Shown one piece after another: positions 9,170-18,787 of a stretch of 48,969 bases of DNA. Origin of the DNA: Gemmatimonadota bacterium (lineage in GTDB: Bacteria; Gemmatimonadota; Gemmatimonadetes; Gemmatimonadales; JACORV01). A program made the translations under genes and the position numbers. Numbering within the stretch: position 1 is the first letter of the stretch; the number at the start of each line of letters is the position of its first letter. The notes below the pieces were generated by a model. That model searched no databases, had not been told where the DNA came from, and saw nothing but the letters and a program-made list of their open reading frames with translations. The stretch is taken from positions 1-48,969 of the forward strand of contig JACORV010000012.1 in assembly GCA_016179225.1 (NCBI GenBank), in the 5' to 3' direction.

Positions 9170-9505
9170 GTGGCCGACGTCGAGCGGCGGCAGGAGCCGG
9201 AGACCGCGGGCGCCTCCGCCGGACACCGGGACGGCACGCCTCCCGCGGAGCCCTCGACGCGGACGGCCGAATTCGAGGAGCGCCAGGTCGGCGACCTCCG
9301 GATCCGCATCGACCGGACGCTGTGCGTCGGCTTCGCCGACTGCGTGAAGGCCGCGCCCGACGGCTTCGTGGTCGCCGAGGACGGCATCACGGTCTTCGTG
9401 AACCCGGAGCGCGTCGATCGCGCGACGCTCGTCGAAGCGTGCGACGTCTGCCCCGTGGACGCGATCACGGTGTGGGATCACGCCGGCAATCAGATCGTGC
9501 CCTGA
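9170..9505 (+). CDS. Monocluster ferredoxin ([3Fe-4S]/[4Fe-4S])
   Basis: IDRTLCVGFADCVKAAPDGF...ACDVCPVDAI. Confidence 0.85.
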   Translation: MADVERRQEPETAGASAGHRDGTPPAEPSTRTAEFEERQVGDLRIRIDRTLCVGFADCVKAAPDGFVVAEDGITVFVNPERVDRATLVEACDVCPVDAITVWDHAGNQIVP

Positions 9506-9512
9506 CCAAGAC

Positions 9513-10280
9513 GTGCGCCCGCTTTCCGGCCGCCGCATCGTGGTGACCCGCCCTGCCGATCGGGCCGCGCGCCTGATCGAGCGCCTGCGCGCCCGCGGCG
9601 CGGAGCCGATCCCGTTCCCCACCATCCGCTTGACGCCCGCCGATCCCGCGCCCCTCGACGCGGCGATCGCCGCACTCGACACGTTCGACTGGGTGATTTT
9701 CACCAGTCGGGAGGGCGTCGACGCGTTCTTCCGGCGGCTGGATGCGCGCGGCGGGATGCCCGCCGCGCTAGCAGGCTCCGGAGGACGGGCATCGTCGGCG
9801 GGCGTGGGGAGGCTCGGCATCGCGGCGATCGGCCCGGCGACCGCCCAGGCGCTCCGCGACCATCGCGTCGAGCCCGCCCTCGTCCCGCGCGAATACGTCG
9901 CCGAGGCCCTCCTCGAAGCGCTCGGCGACGTGCGTGGGCTGCGGATGCTCCTCCCGCGCGCCGACATCGCCCGCAAGGCGCTGGCCGACGGCCTGCGCGC
10001 GCGGGGCGCCGAGGTCGTCGAGGTCGCCGCCTACCGCACCGTGGCGAGCGGCGCGCCGCCCCCCGCGCTGGAGGGCGTGGACGCGATTACCTTCACCAGC
10101 TCCTCGACGGTGCGGCACTTCGTGGAGAGCGGCGCGGACTTTGGCCGCGCCAAGATCGTGTGCATCGGCCCGGTCACCGCGGCCACGGCGCGCGAGCTCG
10201 GCCTGCCCGTTCACGCCGTGGCCAGCGAGTACACTGAAGACGGCCTCATCGAGGCGCTGGAAGGAGTGTTCACCGCGTGA
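9513..10280 (+). CDS. hemD: Uroporphyrinogen-III synthase
   Basis: [38 protein letters not shown]. Confidence 0.95.
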   Translation: MRPLSGRRIVVTRPADRAARLIERLRARGAEPIPFPTIRLTPADPAPLDAAIAALDTFDWVIFTSREGVDAFFRRLDARGGMPAALAGSGGRASSAGVGRLGIAAIGPATAQALRDHRVEPALVPREYVAEALLEALGDVRGLRMLLPRADIARKALADGLRARGAEVVEVAAYRTVASGAPPPALEGVDAITFTSSSTVRHFVESGADFGRAKIVCIGPVTAATARELGLPVHAVASEYTEDGLIEALEGVFTA

Positions 10281-11260
10281 GCAGGTTCCCCGCGACCCGT
10301 CTCCGCCGCTGGCGCCGCACCCCCGCCCTGCGCGCGATGACGCGCGAGGCGACGGTGGCCGCGAGCGACTTCGTCTATCCCCTCTTCGTCACCGCCGGCG
10401 CGACCGTCCGTCGGGAGGTGCCCAGCATGCCCGGCGTGCACCAGCTTTCCGCGGACGGCGAGCTGGAGCGCGAGATCGCGGAGGTCGCCGACCTCGGGAT
10501 CGGCGCCGTCATCCTCTTCGGCCTTCCGGCCACCAAGGACGGCCAGGCCACCCAGGCTTACGCCGCGGGCGCGCCGGTCCAGCGCGCCATCGGTCTCATC
10601 AAGAAGGCGGCGCCGGAGCTGGTGGTCATCACCGACGTCTGCCTCTGCGAGTACACCGACCACGGCCACTGCGGCATCATCAGGGAAGGTGTGGTCGACA
10701 ACGACTCCACCCTCGACCTCCTCGGCAAGGTGGCCGTGAGCCACGTCGCAGCCGGCGCGGACGTCGTGGCGCCCAGCGGGATGATGGACGGGATGGTGGG
10801 CGCGATCCGTGCCGCCCTCGACGCGGCGGGCCACGCCGACACCGCGATCCTGAGCTACGCGGTGAAATACGCCAGCGCCTTCTATGGCCCCTTTCGCGAC
10901 GCCGCCCAGAGTCCGCCCGCCTTCGGCGACCGGAAGAGCCACCAGATGGATCCCGCGAACGTGCGTGAAGCGCTGCGCGAGTGCGAGCTCGACGTCGGCG
11001 AAGGCGCGGACGCGCTGATGGTGAAGCCGGCCCTGCCCTACCTCGACGTCGTGCGCGCGGTGCGCGAGAGGTTCCCGCTCCCGCTCGCCGCGTACAACGT
11101 GAGCGGCGAGTACGCGATGGTGAAGGCGGCGGCCGCGAAAGGCTGGCTCGACGAGCGCGCGTGCGTGCTCGAGCTGCTCACCGGCATCCGGCGCGCCGGC
11201 GCGGACCTGATTCTGACGTACCACGCCAAAGACGCCGCGCGCTGGCTGCGGGAAGCGTGA
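10277..11260 (+). CDS. hemB: Porphobilinogen synthase (Zn-binding type)
   Basis: [52 protein letters not shown]. Confidence 0.98.
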   Translation: MSRFPATRLRRWRRTPALRAMTREATVAASDFVYPLFVTAGATVRREVPSMPGVHQLSADGELEREIAEVADLGIGAVILFGLPATKDGQATQAYAAGAPVQRAIGLIKKAAPELVVITDVCLCEYTDHGHCGIIREGVVDNDSTLDLLGKVAVSHVAAGADVVAPSGMMDGMVGAIRAALDAAGHADTAILSYAVKYASAFYGPFRDAAQSPPAFGDRKSHQMDPANVREALRECELDVGEGADALMVKPALPYLDVVRAVRERFPLPLAAYNVSGEYAMVKAAAAKGWLDERACVLELLTGIRRAGADLILTYHAKDAARWLREA

Positions 11261-11268
11261 CGCCGGCC
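11221..11268 (+). repeat. 48-bp direct repeat, copy 1 (3' end of hemB and its stop codon)
   Basis: CCACGCCAAAGACGCCGCGCGCTGGCTGCGGGAAGCGTGACGCCGGCC, identical to 14282-14329. Confidence 0.95.
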
Positions 11269-11326
11269 AGGCCGCGCCAGGTCGCGCACGCCGCCGCGCG
11301 CCGCAGTTCCGCTCGGGGCTCAAGCC

Positions 11327-14263
11327 ATGGCTGAGCTTCTGGATCAGGTCCGAGCCGTGCTCGCCGACCGTTACGCGGTCGAGCGAGAGCTGGGGCAGGG
11401 CGGCATGGCCACCGTCTACCTGGCCGCCGATCGCAAGCACCACCGCTCAGTCGCCATCAAGGTCCTGAATCCGGAGCTGGGCACGATCCTGGGCCCCGAG
11501 CGGTTCCTGCGCGAGATCGAGATCGCCGCCGGGCTCACCCATCCGCACATCCTGCCTCTGCTCGATTCCGGGGAGTCCGGGGGCTTGCTTTACTACGTGA
11601 TGCCCTTCGTCGAAGGGGAATCGCTGCGGGATCGGCTGAGTCGCGAGAAACAGCTCCCCGTGGCCGAGAGTGTGCGGATCGCGCGGGAGGTCGCGGCCGC
11701 GCTCGCGTACGCGCACAGCCGCGACGTCGTGCATCGCGACATCAAGCCGGAAAACGTGCTCCTCTCGGGCGGGGAGGCCGTGGTGGCGGATTTCGGGATC
11801 GCCCGTGCGGTGACCGCGGCCGGCGGTCAACGGCTGACCGATACCGGCGTCGTCATCGGGACGCCGGCATACATGAGCCCGGAGCAAGCGACGGCCGAAC
11901 GCCAGCTCGACGGACGCAGCGACACCTACAGCCTGGGCTGCGTGTTGTACGAGATGTTGGCCGGCCAGCCACCGTTCACCGGCCCCACGGTGGAGAGCGT
12001 CGTGCACCAGCACCTGGCCGCCGACGCGCCGGCGGTCACGGCCATACGCTCGACGGTGCCGGCCGCCGTCGCGGCGGCCATTGGGCGGGCGCTGGCCAAG
12101 GCGCCGGCGGACCGATTCGCAACCGCCGCCCAGTTCGCCGAGGCGCTCGCGTCGGCTGCTGAGGGGACCGTCCCGCCGTTGGTGGTGCGGCCACGCCGCG
12201 CCAGGTGGTTGAAGCTCGGGGCCGGCCTGGGGCTGGCGGCCGCCGCCGCCGTTGCGGTGCTGCTGGGGCGGAATCGGTCCCCCGTCATCGCGGCGGCGTC
12301 GGTGGTCGCGGTCGTGCCGTTCGCTCCCACAACGCCCGACACCGGCCTCACGCGCCTCGGTCGCGATCTCGTCGTCACGCTCAGTGCCAACCTCGACGGC
12401 GTCGGCGAGATCCGCACCGTAGATGCCCTGACGATCCTCGCGCACACGGGGGATCCGAACCAGAGCTTCACGCGAGATGACGCCGCTGCGCTGGCGCGGC
12501 GGCTCGGGGCGAGCAGTGTGGTTCAGGGCAGCCTGCTCCGCGCCGGCGCGGCGGTCCGCCTGGAGCTCGGCCTGTTTCAGACGGATCGCGATGCCGAGGT
12601 GGCGCATGCGTCCGTGGTGGCGTCGCCTGGCGACTTTAACGCCCTGACGGATTCGGTCACCTGGGCGCTGCTCCGGCAGATCTGGCGCGCACGTGAGCCG
12701 CCGACACCGAGCCTGAGCGCCGTGACGACCCGCTCGCTGACGTCGCTGCGGGCGTTCCTCGAGGGCGAGCGGGCCAGCGTGGATGGACGCTGGCCCGAGG
12801 CCGAAGCGGCCTTCGCCCGTGCCATCGAGGCGGATTCCGCCTTCTGGCTCGCCTACTGGCGATATGCTTACGCGCGCAACTGGAATCTCCTGGAACCGGA
12901 CACCGCGATCGTCAGCGCCTACCGACGGCATCGCGACGCGCTGCCCGAACGTGAGCGTCTGCTCGTGGAAGCGGAGCTGGCCGACAGCGCCAGCGCCCGC
13001 CTGGGGCTTCTCGAGGAAGTCACGCGTCGTTTCCCGGACTATTGGCCGGGGTGGATGGAGTACGCCGACTGGCTGGTGCACTTCGCGCCCCTGCTGGAGC
13101 CGGTGAGCGAGAGGGCCCGCGCGGCGCTGGAGCGAACCATCGCCCTGAACCCCCGCTTGGTGCCCGCATGGACGCACCTGGCCTGGATGGCGGTGATGGA
13201 GGGCGACAGCGTTGCGCTGTCACGGGCCGTCACAACCCTCCAGCGGCTCGGTGCGCCGACGACTGGTCACACGCTTGCTCAATACGAAAGTCCCCGCGTT
13301 TTCCGCGTGCTGGACCGACTGCTGCGCAACGGCGGCGCCGCCGACCCTTCCCTGGTGGATTCCGCCGTCGCCGCGATGACCGCGAACGACGCCCTATGGC
13401 TCTGGTTCGGGTTCCCCGCAGCCCAGATCAAAGTGAGTCGCCAGGTGCAGCGCCGCGGCGTCCCGGCGCCCGAGTCGGCGTTCCAACTGTGGTTGATCGC
13501 GATGTCGTGGGCGGCCCGGGGCGCGTGGGACTCTGCGGCGGTCGCGCTGGACGACTACGTCCGCGCCGACCCCGGGGGGCGGGCTGCGCTCCGCGCGTAC
13601 GGTCTCGCCGTGGCCGGCGTGTGGCTCGGCGCGCTGAACGAAGCCGCGGCGGTGCACTTCCGGAGCGCGGCCGTGCGAGACACCGCGCACGAGAGCCCCG
13701 CCGCGCACTCCGAGCGCGCCTGGCTGGACGGGTTCATGGCCGCCACCCGCGGCGATCCGGCACGGGTCGCCGCCGCGCGGGCAGCGCTCCGCCGATCCAC
13801 GGACTCGGCCGCGGCCCTGCTCGAGGGCTCGCTGAGCACATTCGAGACGACGATGTCCGGCGCGCCAGCCGCTGCGGGCCGGGCGCTCGCCGCCCTGGAG
13901 CGCGAACGGGCAGAGCGCACACTGGCGCTCACCGATCCCGACGGGCTGGGCGACAACCATCCCTTCGTGAGGGCGCTCGATCGCCTGGCCGCAAGCCGCT
14001 GGCTCCTGGCGGCGGGCGACACCGCCACGGCGCTCGCGCTGCTGGCGTGGCACGACGAGGTGCGTATCCCCATGGCCGCCTTTGTGAGCAAGGTGCTCTC
14101 GGGGCTCGTGCATCTCGAGCTGGCGCGCATCGAGGCCGCACGCGGTCGCGTCGCAGCGGCGAGGGTCCACTACGAACAGTTTCTTCGGCGCTACGACATG
14201 CCGGTTGCCGCGCACCGGCATCTGGTGACCGACGCGCGCCGCGCGCTCGGCGAGATGCGGTGA
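11327..14263 (+). CDS. Hanks-type Ser/Thr protein kinase with a hydrophobic segment, TolB-N-like and TPR-like C-terminal regions
   Basis: LGQGGMATVY, VAIK, HRDIKPEN, DFG, GTPAYMSPEQ, D.YSLGCVLYEML, followed by a hydrophobic segment and helical repeats. Confidence 0.93.
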   Translation: MAELLDQVRAVLADRYAVERELGQGGMATVYLAADRKHHRSVAIKVLNPELGTILGPERFLREIEIAAGLTHPHILPLLDSGESGGLLYYVMPFVEGESLRDRLSREKQLPVAESVRIAREVAAALAYAHSRDVVHRDIKPENVLLSGGEAVVADFGIARAVTAAGGQRLTDTGVVIGTPAYMSPEQATAERQLDGRSDTYSLGCVLYEMLAGQPPFTGPTVESVVHQHLAADAPAVTAIRSTVPAAVAAAIGRALAKAPADRFATAAQFAEALASAAEGTVPPLVVRPRRARWLKLGAGLGLAAAAAVAVLLGRNRSPVIAAASVVAVVPFAPTTPDTGLTRLGRDLVVTLSANLDGVGEIRTVDALTILAHTGDPNQSFTRDDAAALARRLGASSVVQGSLLRAGAAVRLELGLFQTDRDAEVAHASVVASPGDFNALTDSVTWALLRQIWRAREPPTPSLSAVTTRSLTSLRAFLEGERASVDGRWPEAEAAFARAIEADSAFWLAYWRYAYARNWNLLEPDTAIVSAYRRHRDALPERERLLVEAELADSASARLGLLEEVTRRFPDYWPGWMEYADWLVHFAPLLEPVSERARAALERTIALNPRLVPAWTHLAWMAVMEGDSVALSRAVTTLQRLGAPTTGHTLAQYESPRVFRVLDRLLRNGGAADPSLVDSAVAAMTANDALWLWFGFPAAQIKVSRQVQRRGVPAPESAFQLWLIAMSWAARGAWDSAAVALDDYVRADPGGRAALRAYGLAVAGVWLGALNEAAAVHFRSAAVRDTAHESPAAHSERAWLDGFMAATRGDPARVAAARAALRRSTDSAAALLEGSLSTFETTMSGAPAAAGRALAALERERAERTLALTDPDGLGDNHPFVRALDRLAASRWLLAAGDTATALALLAWHDEVRIPMAAFVSKVLSGLVHLELARIEAARGRVAAARVHYEQFLRRYDMPVAAHRHLVTDARRALGEMR

Positions 14264-14281
14264 ATCGGTGTTGACAGCTTG

Positions 14282-14329
14282 CCACGCCAAAGACGCCGCG
14301 CGCTGGCTGCGGGAAGCGTGACGCCGGCC
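14282..14329 (+). repeat. 48-bp direct repeat, copy 2 (supplies the hemE start codon)
   Basis: Identical to 11221-11268; contains the hemE GTG at 14318. Confidence 0.95.
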
Positions 14330-15355
14330 GAACCGCGCCTGCTCGCGGCCTGCCGCCGCCGGCCCGTAGACAGGATTCCCGTCTGGTTCATGCGCCAGGC
14401 AGGGCGGTACCTCGCCGAGTACCGCGCGGTGCGCGCCAAGCACTCGATCCTCGAGATCTGCCACACGCCCGAGCTCGCGGCCGAAGTCACGCTGCAACCC
14501 GTCGAGCACCTGGGCGTAGACGCCGCGATCCTCTTCGCCGACATTCTGCTCCCCGTCGAGCCCCTCGGCCTCGGTCTCTCGTTCTCGGAAGGCGCCGGCC
14601 CCCTGATCGAGCGGCCCATCCGCGCGCCCGAGGACGTGGCCGCGCTTCCCGACGTGGACCCGCCGCGCGATCTCGGCTTCGTGGTCGAGGCCGTCGCCGC
14701 CTGCAAGCACGCGCTCGCCCAGCGCGCGCCCGGCACACCGCTCATCGGGTTCGCGGGCGCTCCGTTCACGCTCGCCAGCTACGTCATCGAAGGCGGCAGC
14801 TCGCGCAACTTCACCCTGACGAAGCGGTTCATGTACCAGCACCCCGAGGCCTGGCACGAACTGCTCCGCCGGCTCGCCGACCTGGTGGGCGGACTCCTCG
14901 GCGCACAGGCGCGGGCCGGCGCCGACGTCGTGCAGCTGTTCGACTCGTGGGTCGGATGCCTGGCGCCGGAGGACTACCGGCGCTTCGTGCTCCCGCACAG
15001 CCGCCGCGCCATCGAGCTCGCGCAGGCGGCCGGCGTGCCGGTCATCCACTTCGGCACGGATACGGCCACGCTGCTCGAGCTCCTGGTCGAGGCCGGCGGC
15101 GAGGTGATGGGCGTGGACTGGCGCATCCCGATCGACCAAGCGTGGGCGCGCACCGGCGACCGCGCCGTGCAAGGCAACCTGGACCCCGCTGCGCTCTTCG
15201 CGCCCCGCCCCGAGCTCGAGACCCGCGTCCGCGACATCCTCCAGCGGGTGGGGGGGCGCCCGGGCTTCATCTTCAACCTCGGCCACGGCATCCTGCCGGG
15301 CACGCCCGTCGACAACGTCCGCGCGGTCGTTGACCTGGTGCACGCCTTCGCGTGA
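14318..15355 (+). CDS. hemE: Uroporphyrinogen decarboxylase
   Basis: [56 protein letters not shown]. Confidence 0.97.
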   Translation: MTPAEPRLLAACRRRPVDRIPVWFMRQAGRYLAEYRAVRAKHSILEICHTPELAAEVTLQPVEHLGVDAAILFADILLPVEPLGLGLSFSEGAGPLIERPIRAPEDVAALPDVDPPRDLGFVVEAVAACKHALAQRAPGTPLIGFAGAPFTLASYVIEGGSSRNFTLTKRFMYQHPEAWHELLRRLADLVGGLLGAQARAGADVVQLFDSWVGCLAPEDYRRFVLPHSRRAIELAQAAGVPVIHFGTDTATLLELLVEAGGEVMGVDWRIPIDQAWARTGDRAVQGNLDPAALFAPRPELETRVRDILQRVGGRPGFIFNLGHGILPGTPVDNVRAVVDLVHAFA

Positions 15356-16641
15356 GCACCGAGCGCTCCGCGGCCCTGTTCAGAGAAGCGCTGGCGCTCC
15401 TGCCCGGCGGGGTGGACAGCCCCGTCCGCGCGTTCAAGAGCGTCGGCGGGACGCCACGCTTCATCGAGCGGGGCGAGGGCGCCTGGCTCGTGGACGCGGA
15501 CGGCAACCGCTACGTGGACTACGTCCTCGCGTGGGGGCCGCTCATCCTCGGCCACGCGCCGCCCGCTGTGGTAGAGGCGGTGGAGCGGGTCCTGCGGCGC
15601 GGCACGGCGTTCGGCGCGCCCACCGCGCTCGAGACTGAGCTCGCGAGCCGCATCGTCGCGACGTTTCCGTCCATTCAGATGGTGCGGTTCGTGAATTCGG
15701 GCACCGAAGCCGCCATGAGCGCCTTGCGTCTTGCCCGCGCGTTCACCGGTCGCGCGAAAGTGATCAAGTTCGAGGGATGCTACCACGGCCACGCCGATGC
15801 CTTCCTCGTCCAGGCCGGCTCGGGTGTCGCGACCCTCGGCTTTCCCGACTCCCCGGGCGTGCCTCCAGCCACGGCCGCCGACACCCTCGTCGCCCCGTTC
15901 AACGACCTCGTCGCCGCGCGACGGCTCTTCGAACAGCATCCGAACCAGATCGCCGCGATCATCCTAGAGCCCGTGGTGGGCAACATGGGCGTGGTGCCGC
16001 CGGCGGACGGCTTCCTGGCCGGCCTGCGCGACCTCACCACCACTGCGGGCGCGCTCCTCGTCTTCGACGAGGTGATGACCGGCTGGCGCGTTCACCCCGG
16101 GGGCGCGCAGGGCCTCTACGGCGTCGCGCCCGACCTCACCTGCCTCGGCAAGGTCATCGGGGGCGGGCTCCCGGTCGGCGCGTACGGCGGGCGACGCGAC
16201 ATCATGGAGATGGTCGCGCCCGCCGGACCCGTGTACCAGGCGGGCACGCTGTCCGGCAATCCGCTCGCGATGGCCGCCGGCATCGCCACCCTCGACGCCC
16301 TCGCCACGCCGGGGGTGTGGGAGCGCGCCGAGCAAGCCGCCTCAGCCGCCGAGACCACCCTGCGCGAAACCGCACAGCGCGACGGAGCCGCGCTCATGGT
16401 GCAACGTGTCGGCACCATGTTCACCCCATTCTTCACGGATCGTCCGGTGAGTGACTTCGCCGCCGCGAAAACCGCCGACCGCGAGCGCTATGCCGTGTTC
16501 TTCCACCGGATGCTTGAGGCCGGCGTCTATCTGCCGCCCTCGCCGTTCGAGGCCGCCTTCGCGTCGACCGTTCACGGCGAGACCGAAATCGCGGCCTTCG
16601 CCGAAGCCGCTCGGCGCGCCCTGTCAGGGCTAGGGCACTGA
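15352..16641 (+). CDS. hemL: Glutamate-1-semialdehyde 2,1-aminomutase
   Basis: [54 protein letters not shown]. Confidence 0.97.
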   Translation: MSTERSAALFREALALLPGGVDSPVRAFKSVGGTPRFIERGEGAWLVDADGNRYVDYVLAWGPLILGHAPPAVVEAVERVLRRGTAFGAPTALETELASRIVATFPSIQMVRFVNSGTEAAMSALRLARAFTGRAKVIKFEGCYHGHADAFLVQAGSGVATLGFPDSPGVPPATAADTLVAPFNDLVAARRLFEQHPNQIAAIILEPVVGNMGVVPPADGFLAGLRDLTTTAGALLVFDEVMTGWRVHPGGAQGLYGVAPDLTCLGKVIGGGLPVGAYGGRRDIMEMVAPAGPVYQAGTLSGNPLAMAAGIATLDALATPGVWERAEQAASAAETTLRETAQRDGAALMVQRVGTMFTPFFTDRPVSDFAAAKTADRERYAVFFHRMLEAGVYLPPSPFEAAFASTVHGETEIAAFAEAARRALSGLGH

Positions 16642-16652
16642 GCCGGCGCGCG

Positions 16653-16700
16653 TCCTCACCTCCTCACTTCCTCGCCACATCACCACATCACCACATCACC
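16653..16700 (+). repeat. Six 8-bp tandem units (TCCTCACC-like x3, ACATCACC x3)
   Basis: TCCTCACC TCCTCACT TCCTCGCC ACATCACC ACATCACC ACATCACC, read directly. Confidence 0.85.
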
Positions 16701-16713
16701 GTCCTTCGAGGTG

Positions 16714-16743
16714 TTGACACCGTTCGCTTGCGAACCCTATACT
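16714..16743 (+). promoter_or_regulatory. Near-consensus sigma70 promoter for the USP-to-oxidase operon
   Basis: TTGACA at 16714-16719, an 18-bp spacer, and TATACT at 16738-16743, about 50 bp upstream of ATG 16793. Confidence 0.7.
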
Positions 16744-16792
16744 CGACTTTGATTCTCCCGTACATAATCGAAACACCTGACGCGGGCGTGCG

Positions 16793-18781
16793 ATGTATCA
16801 CGAGATCTTCGTACCCGTCGATAATTCCCAGCCTTCGGACTGGGCGGTTGATCGTGCGATCGAGCTGTGTCGGCGCTCGGGAGGCCGTATCACCGGGAAT
16901 CACGTGTATGCCGCCCGCTTGCACGACGTGCGGTTCCGGCAGCTCGAGACCGGCTTGCCCGCCCGATTCCAGACCCCCGAGGAGATCAGGAAGCAGCGCA
17001 AGATCCACGACAAGCTCATCGAGAAAGGCCTCCAGCTCATCGCCGACAGCTTCCTCGACCAGCTCGGGAAGAGGTGCGAAGCCGCGGGCGTGAAGCTCGC
17101 GCGGCAGCTCCTCGAGGGGATCAACTACGAAGAGATCGTGAACGAGGTGAACCGCGGCCAGGGCCGGCTTCCGGGGCTGATCGGCTTCGATCCCAACCGT
17201 GCGGCGGGTTACGACGGCGGGGAGAAAGTCCGCAGCGACGTGAGGCTCGGCGAGGACGGCCGCATCGTGGCGGAGGACGAGGACCAGGCCGCGCGGCTGG
17301 TCGGGACGTCGCGACGGATATACGACCTCGTCGCGATCGGCGCGCACGGGCTGGGGCGCCAGGCGTACTCCCAGCTGGGCGGTGTGGTCGCCCGGGCGCT
17401 GCGCGGCGTCGAGAAGGACATGCTGATCGTGCGCGACGACCGCCCGTTCGAGGGCGGCCGGTTCATGGTCTGCGTGGACGGCTCGTCGTACGGCTACCAG
17501 GCGATGCGCGCGGCGCTCGAGCTCGCCGACGCCTTCGGCGGATCCCTGTACGTGTGCAGCGCCTTCGACGTGGAGTACCACCACGTCGTCTTCCACAACA
17601 TCAAGGACGTGCTCTCCGTCCAGGCCTCGAAGGTCTTCAAGTTCGAGGAACAGGAGGAGCTGCACAACAACATCATCGACAAGGGGCTCCTGAAGCTCTG
17701 CCAGGCCAACATCAAGCGGGCCGAGGCCATGGCGCAGCAGTTCCCGGACGTCCCGGTCAAGACGCAGATCCTCATCGGCAAGCCGTTCCAGGTGATCATG
17801 CAGTGGGCCGCGGAGATCGAGCCGTCGCTGCTGGTCATCGCGCGGCACGGGGCGCACCGCATCGAGGGCACGGACCTGGGCTCGCAGGCCGAGAACCTGG
17901 TCCGCATCGCCCCCTGCAATACGCTGCTGGTCGGCACGACGGGGATCCGGCCCGAGGACATCCCGTGGATCGAGGAGGACGGTCAGGCGGGGTTGCCGTG
18001 GGCGCCGGAGGCCGAGGTCCGGATTCTGCGCGTGCCACCCTTTGCCCAGGGGATCGCGCGTCGCGCGGTGGAGGAGTACGTCCTGGAGCGCACCAACGGC
18101 GAGCCGCAGACGGTCACGAACCGGTGGCTGGACGAGGCGATCCGGAAGCTCCTTCCCACGCACATGCAGCTCATCATGGGCATCGGCACGGCCGAGGAGA
18201 TCGCGCTCGCCGAAGTGAAGGCCACCGAGCAGATGACGAAGACGCTGGTGCTCGGCAGCGACGCGGACGTCGAGCCCGCCGGAGCCACGATCGAGACGAA
18301 GTGCCCGGTACCGCCGTATCACACCGCGACGCGACCGCGGACGGCCGCCGACCCGATCGTGTGGACCGAGGAGGCGTGGCAGCGGCTTCAGCTCGTGCCG
18401 CTCATCGCACGGCCGCTGGCCCGGAACACCGTCGAGCGCTTCGCGCGCCACCACGATATCTGGCGCGTGACGACCGGCGTGATGGACGACAACAAGCAGG
18501 CCATGATCGAAGCCGACGAGTTCGACATCGACACGATGATGGTCATGTTCACGGAGCTCCGTGCCAAGCAGATCCGCGCCGAGGCCGAAGGCCCCGACGC
18601 GCTCTCGCCCGAGATGCGCCGCTTCATCGAGGAGGCGAAGGCCCAGGGGATCACCCGCTGCCCCATCCGGGACATCGAGGAGCAGCTGGGGAAGTGCCCG
18701 GTGGACTTCAAGACGGTGAAGCCGGAGGACGCGAAGAAAGCGGTGGAGAAGTTGCTGGAAAGCATGCCCGGGGACGACTAG
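16793..18781 (+). CDS. Tandem universal stress protein with two PCP_red-like domains and three Cys-Pro motifs
   Basis: USP1 IFVPVDNS...DLVAIGAHG...LGGV; USP2 MVCVDGS...LLVIARHG...LGSQAENLVRIAPC; WAPEAEVRILRVPPF and WTEEAWQRLQLVPLIAR; KCPV, RCPI and KCPV. Confidence 0.85.
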   Translation: MYHEIFVPVDNSQPSDWAVDRAIELCRRSGGRITGNHVYAARLHDVRFRQLETGLPARFQTPEEIRKQRKIHDKLIEKGLQLIADSFLDQLGKRCEAAGVKLARQLLEGINYEEIVNEVNRGQGRLPGLIGFDPNRAAGYDGGEKVRSDVRLGEDGRIVAEDEDQAARLVGTSRRIYDLVAIGAHGLGRQAYSQLGGVVARALRGVEKDMLIVRDDRPFEGGRFMVCVDGSSYGYQAMRAALELADAFGGSLYVCSAFDVEYHHVVFHNIKDVLSVQASKVFKFEEQEELHNNIIDKGLLKLCQANIKRAEAMAQQFPDVPVKTQILIGKPFQVIMQWAAEIEPSLLVIARHGAHRIEGTDLGSQAENLVRIAPCNTLLVGTTGIRPEDIPWIEEDGQAGLPWAPEAEVRILRVPPFAQGIARRAVEEYVLERTNGEPQTVTNRWLDEAIRKLLPTHMQLIMGIGTAEEIALAEVKATEQMTKTLVLGSDADVEPAGATIETKCPVPPYHTATRPRTAADPIVWTEEAWQRLQLVPLIARPLARNTVERFARHHDIWRVTTGVMDDNKQAMIEADEFDIDTMMVMFTELRAKQIRAEAEGPDALSPEMRRFIEEAKAQGITRCPIRDIEEQLGKCPVDFKTVKPEDAKKAVEKLLESMPGDD

Positions 18782-18787
18782 CTACTC

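Noticed and set aside
14273-14284. 12-bp match GACAGCTTGCCA shared with the MITE interior (31948-31959)
   Set aside because: Short, found post hoc, and no MITE termini flank the kinase. It cannot be distinguished from chance.
14271-14300. TTGACA at the right edge of the kinase insert as a promoter re-driving hemE-hemL
   Set aside because: No plausible -10 lies 16-18 bp downstream (the sequence there is CGCCGC).
16653-16700. CRISPR array
   Set aside because: These are 8-bp tandem units without spacers, and there are no cas genes. No CRISPR array, tRNA or rRNA was recognised anywhere in the window.
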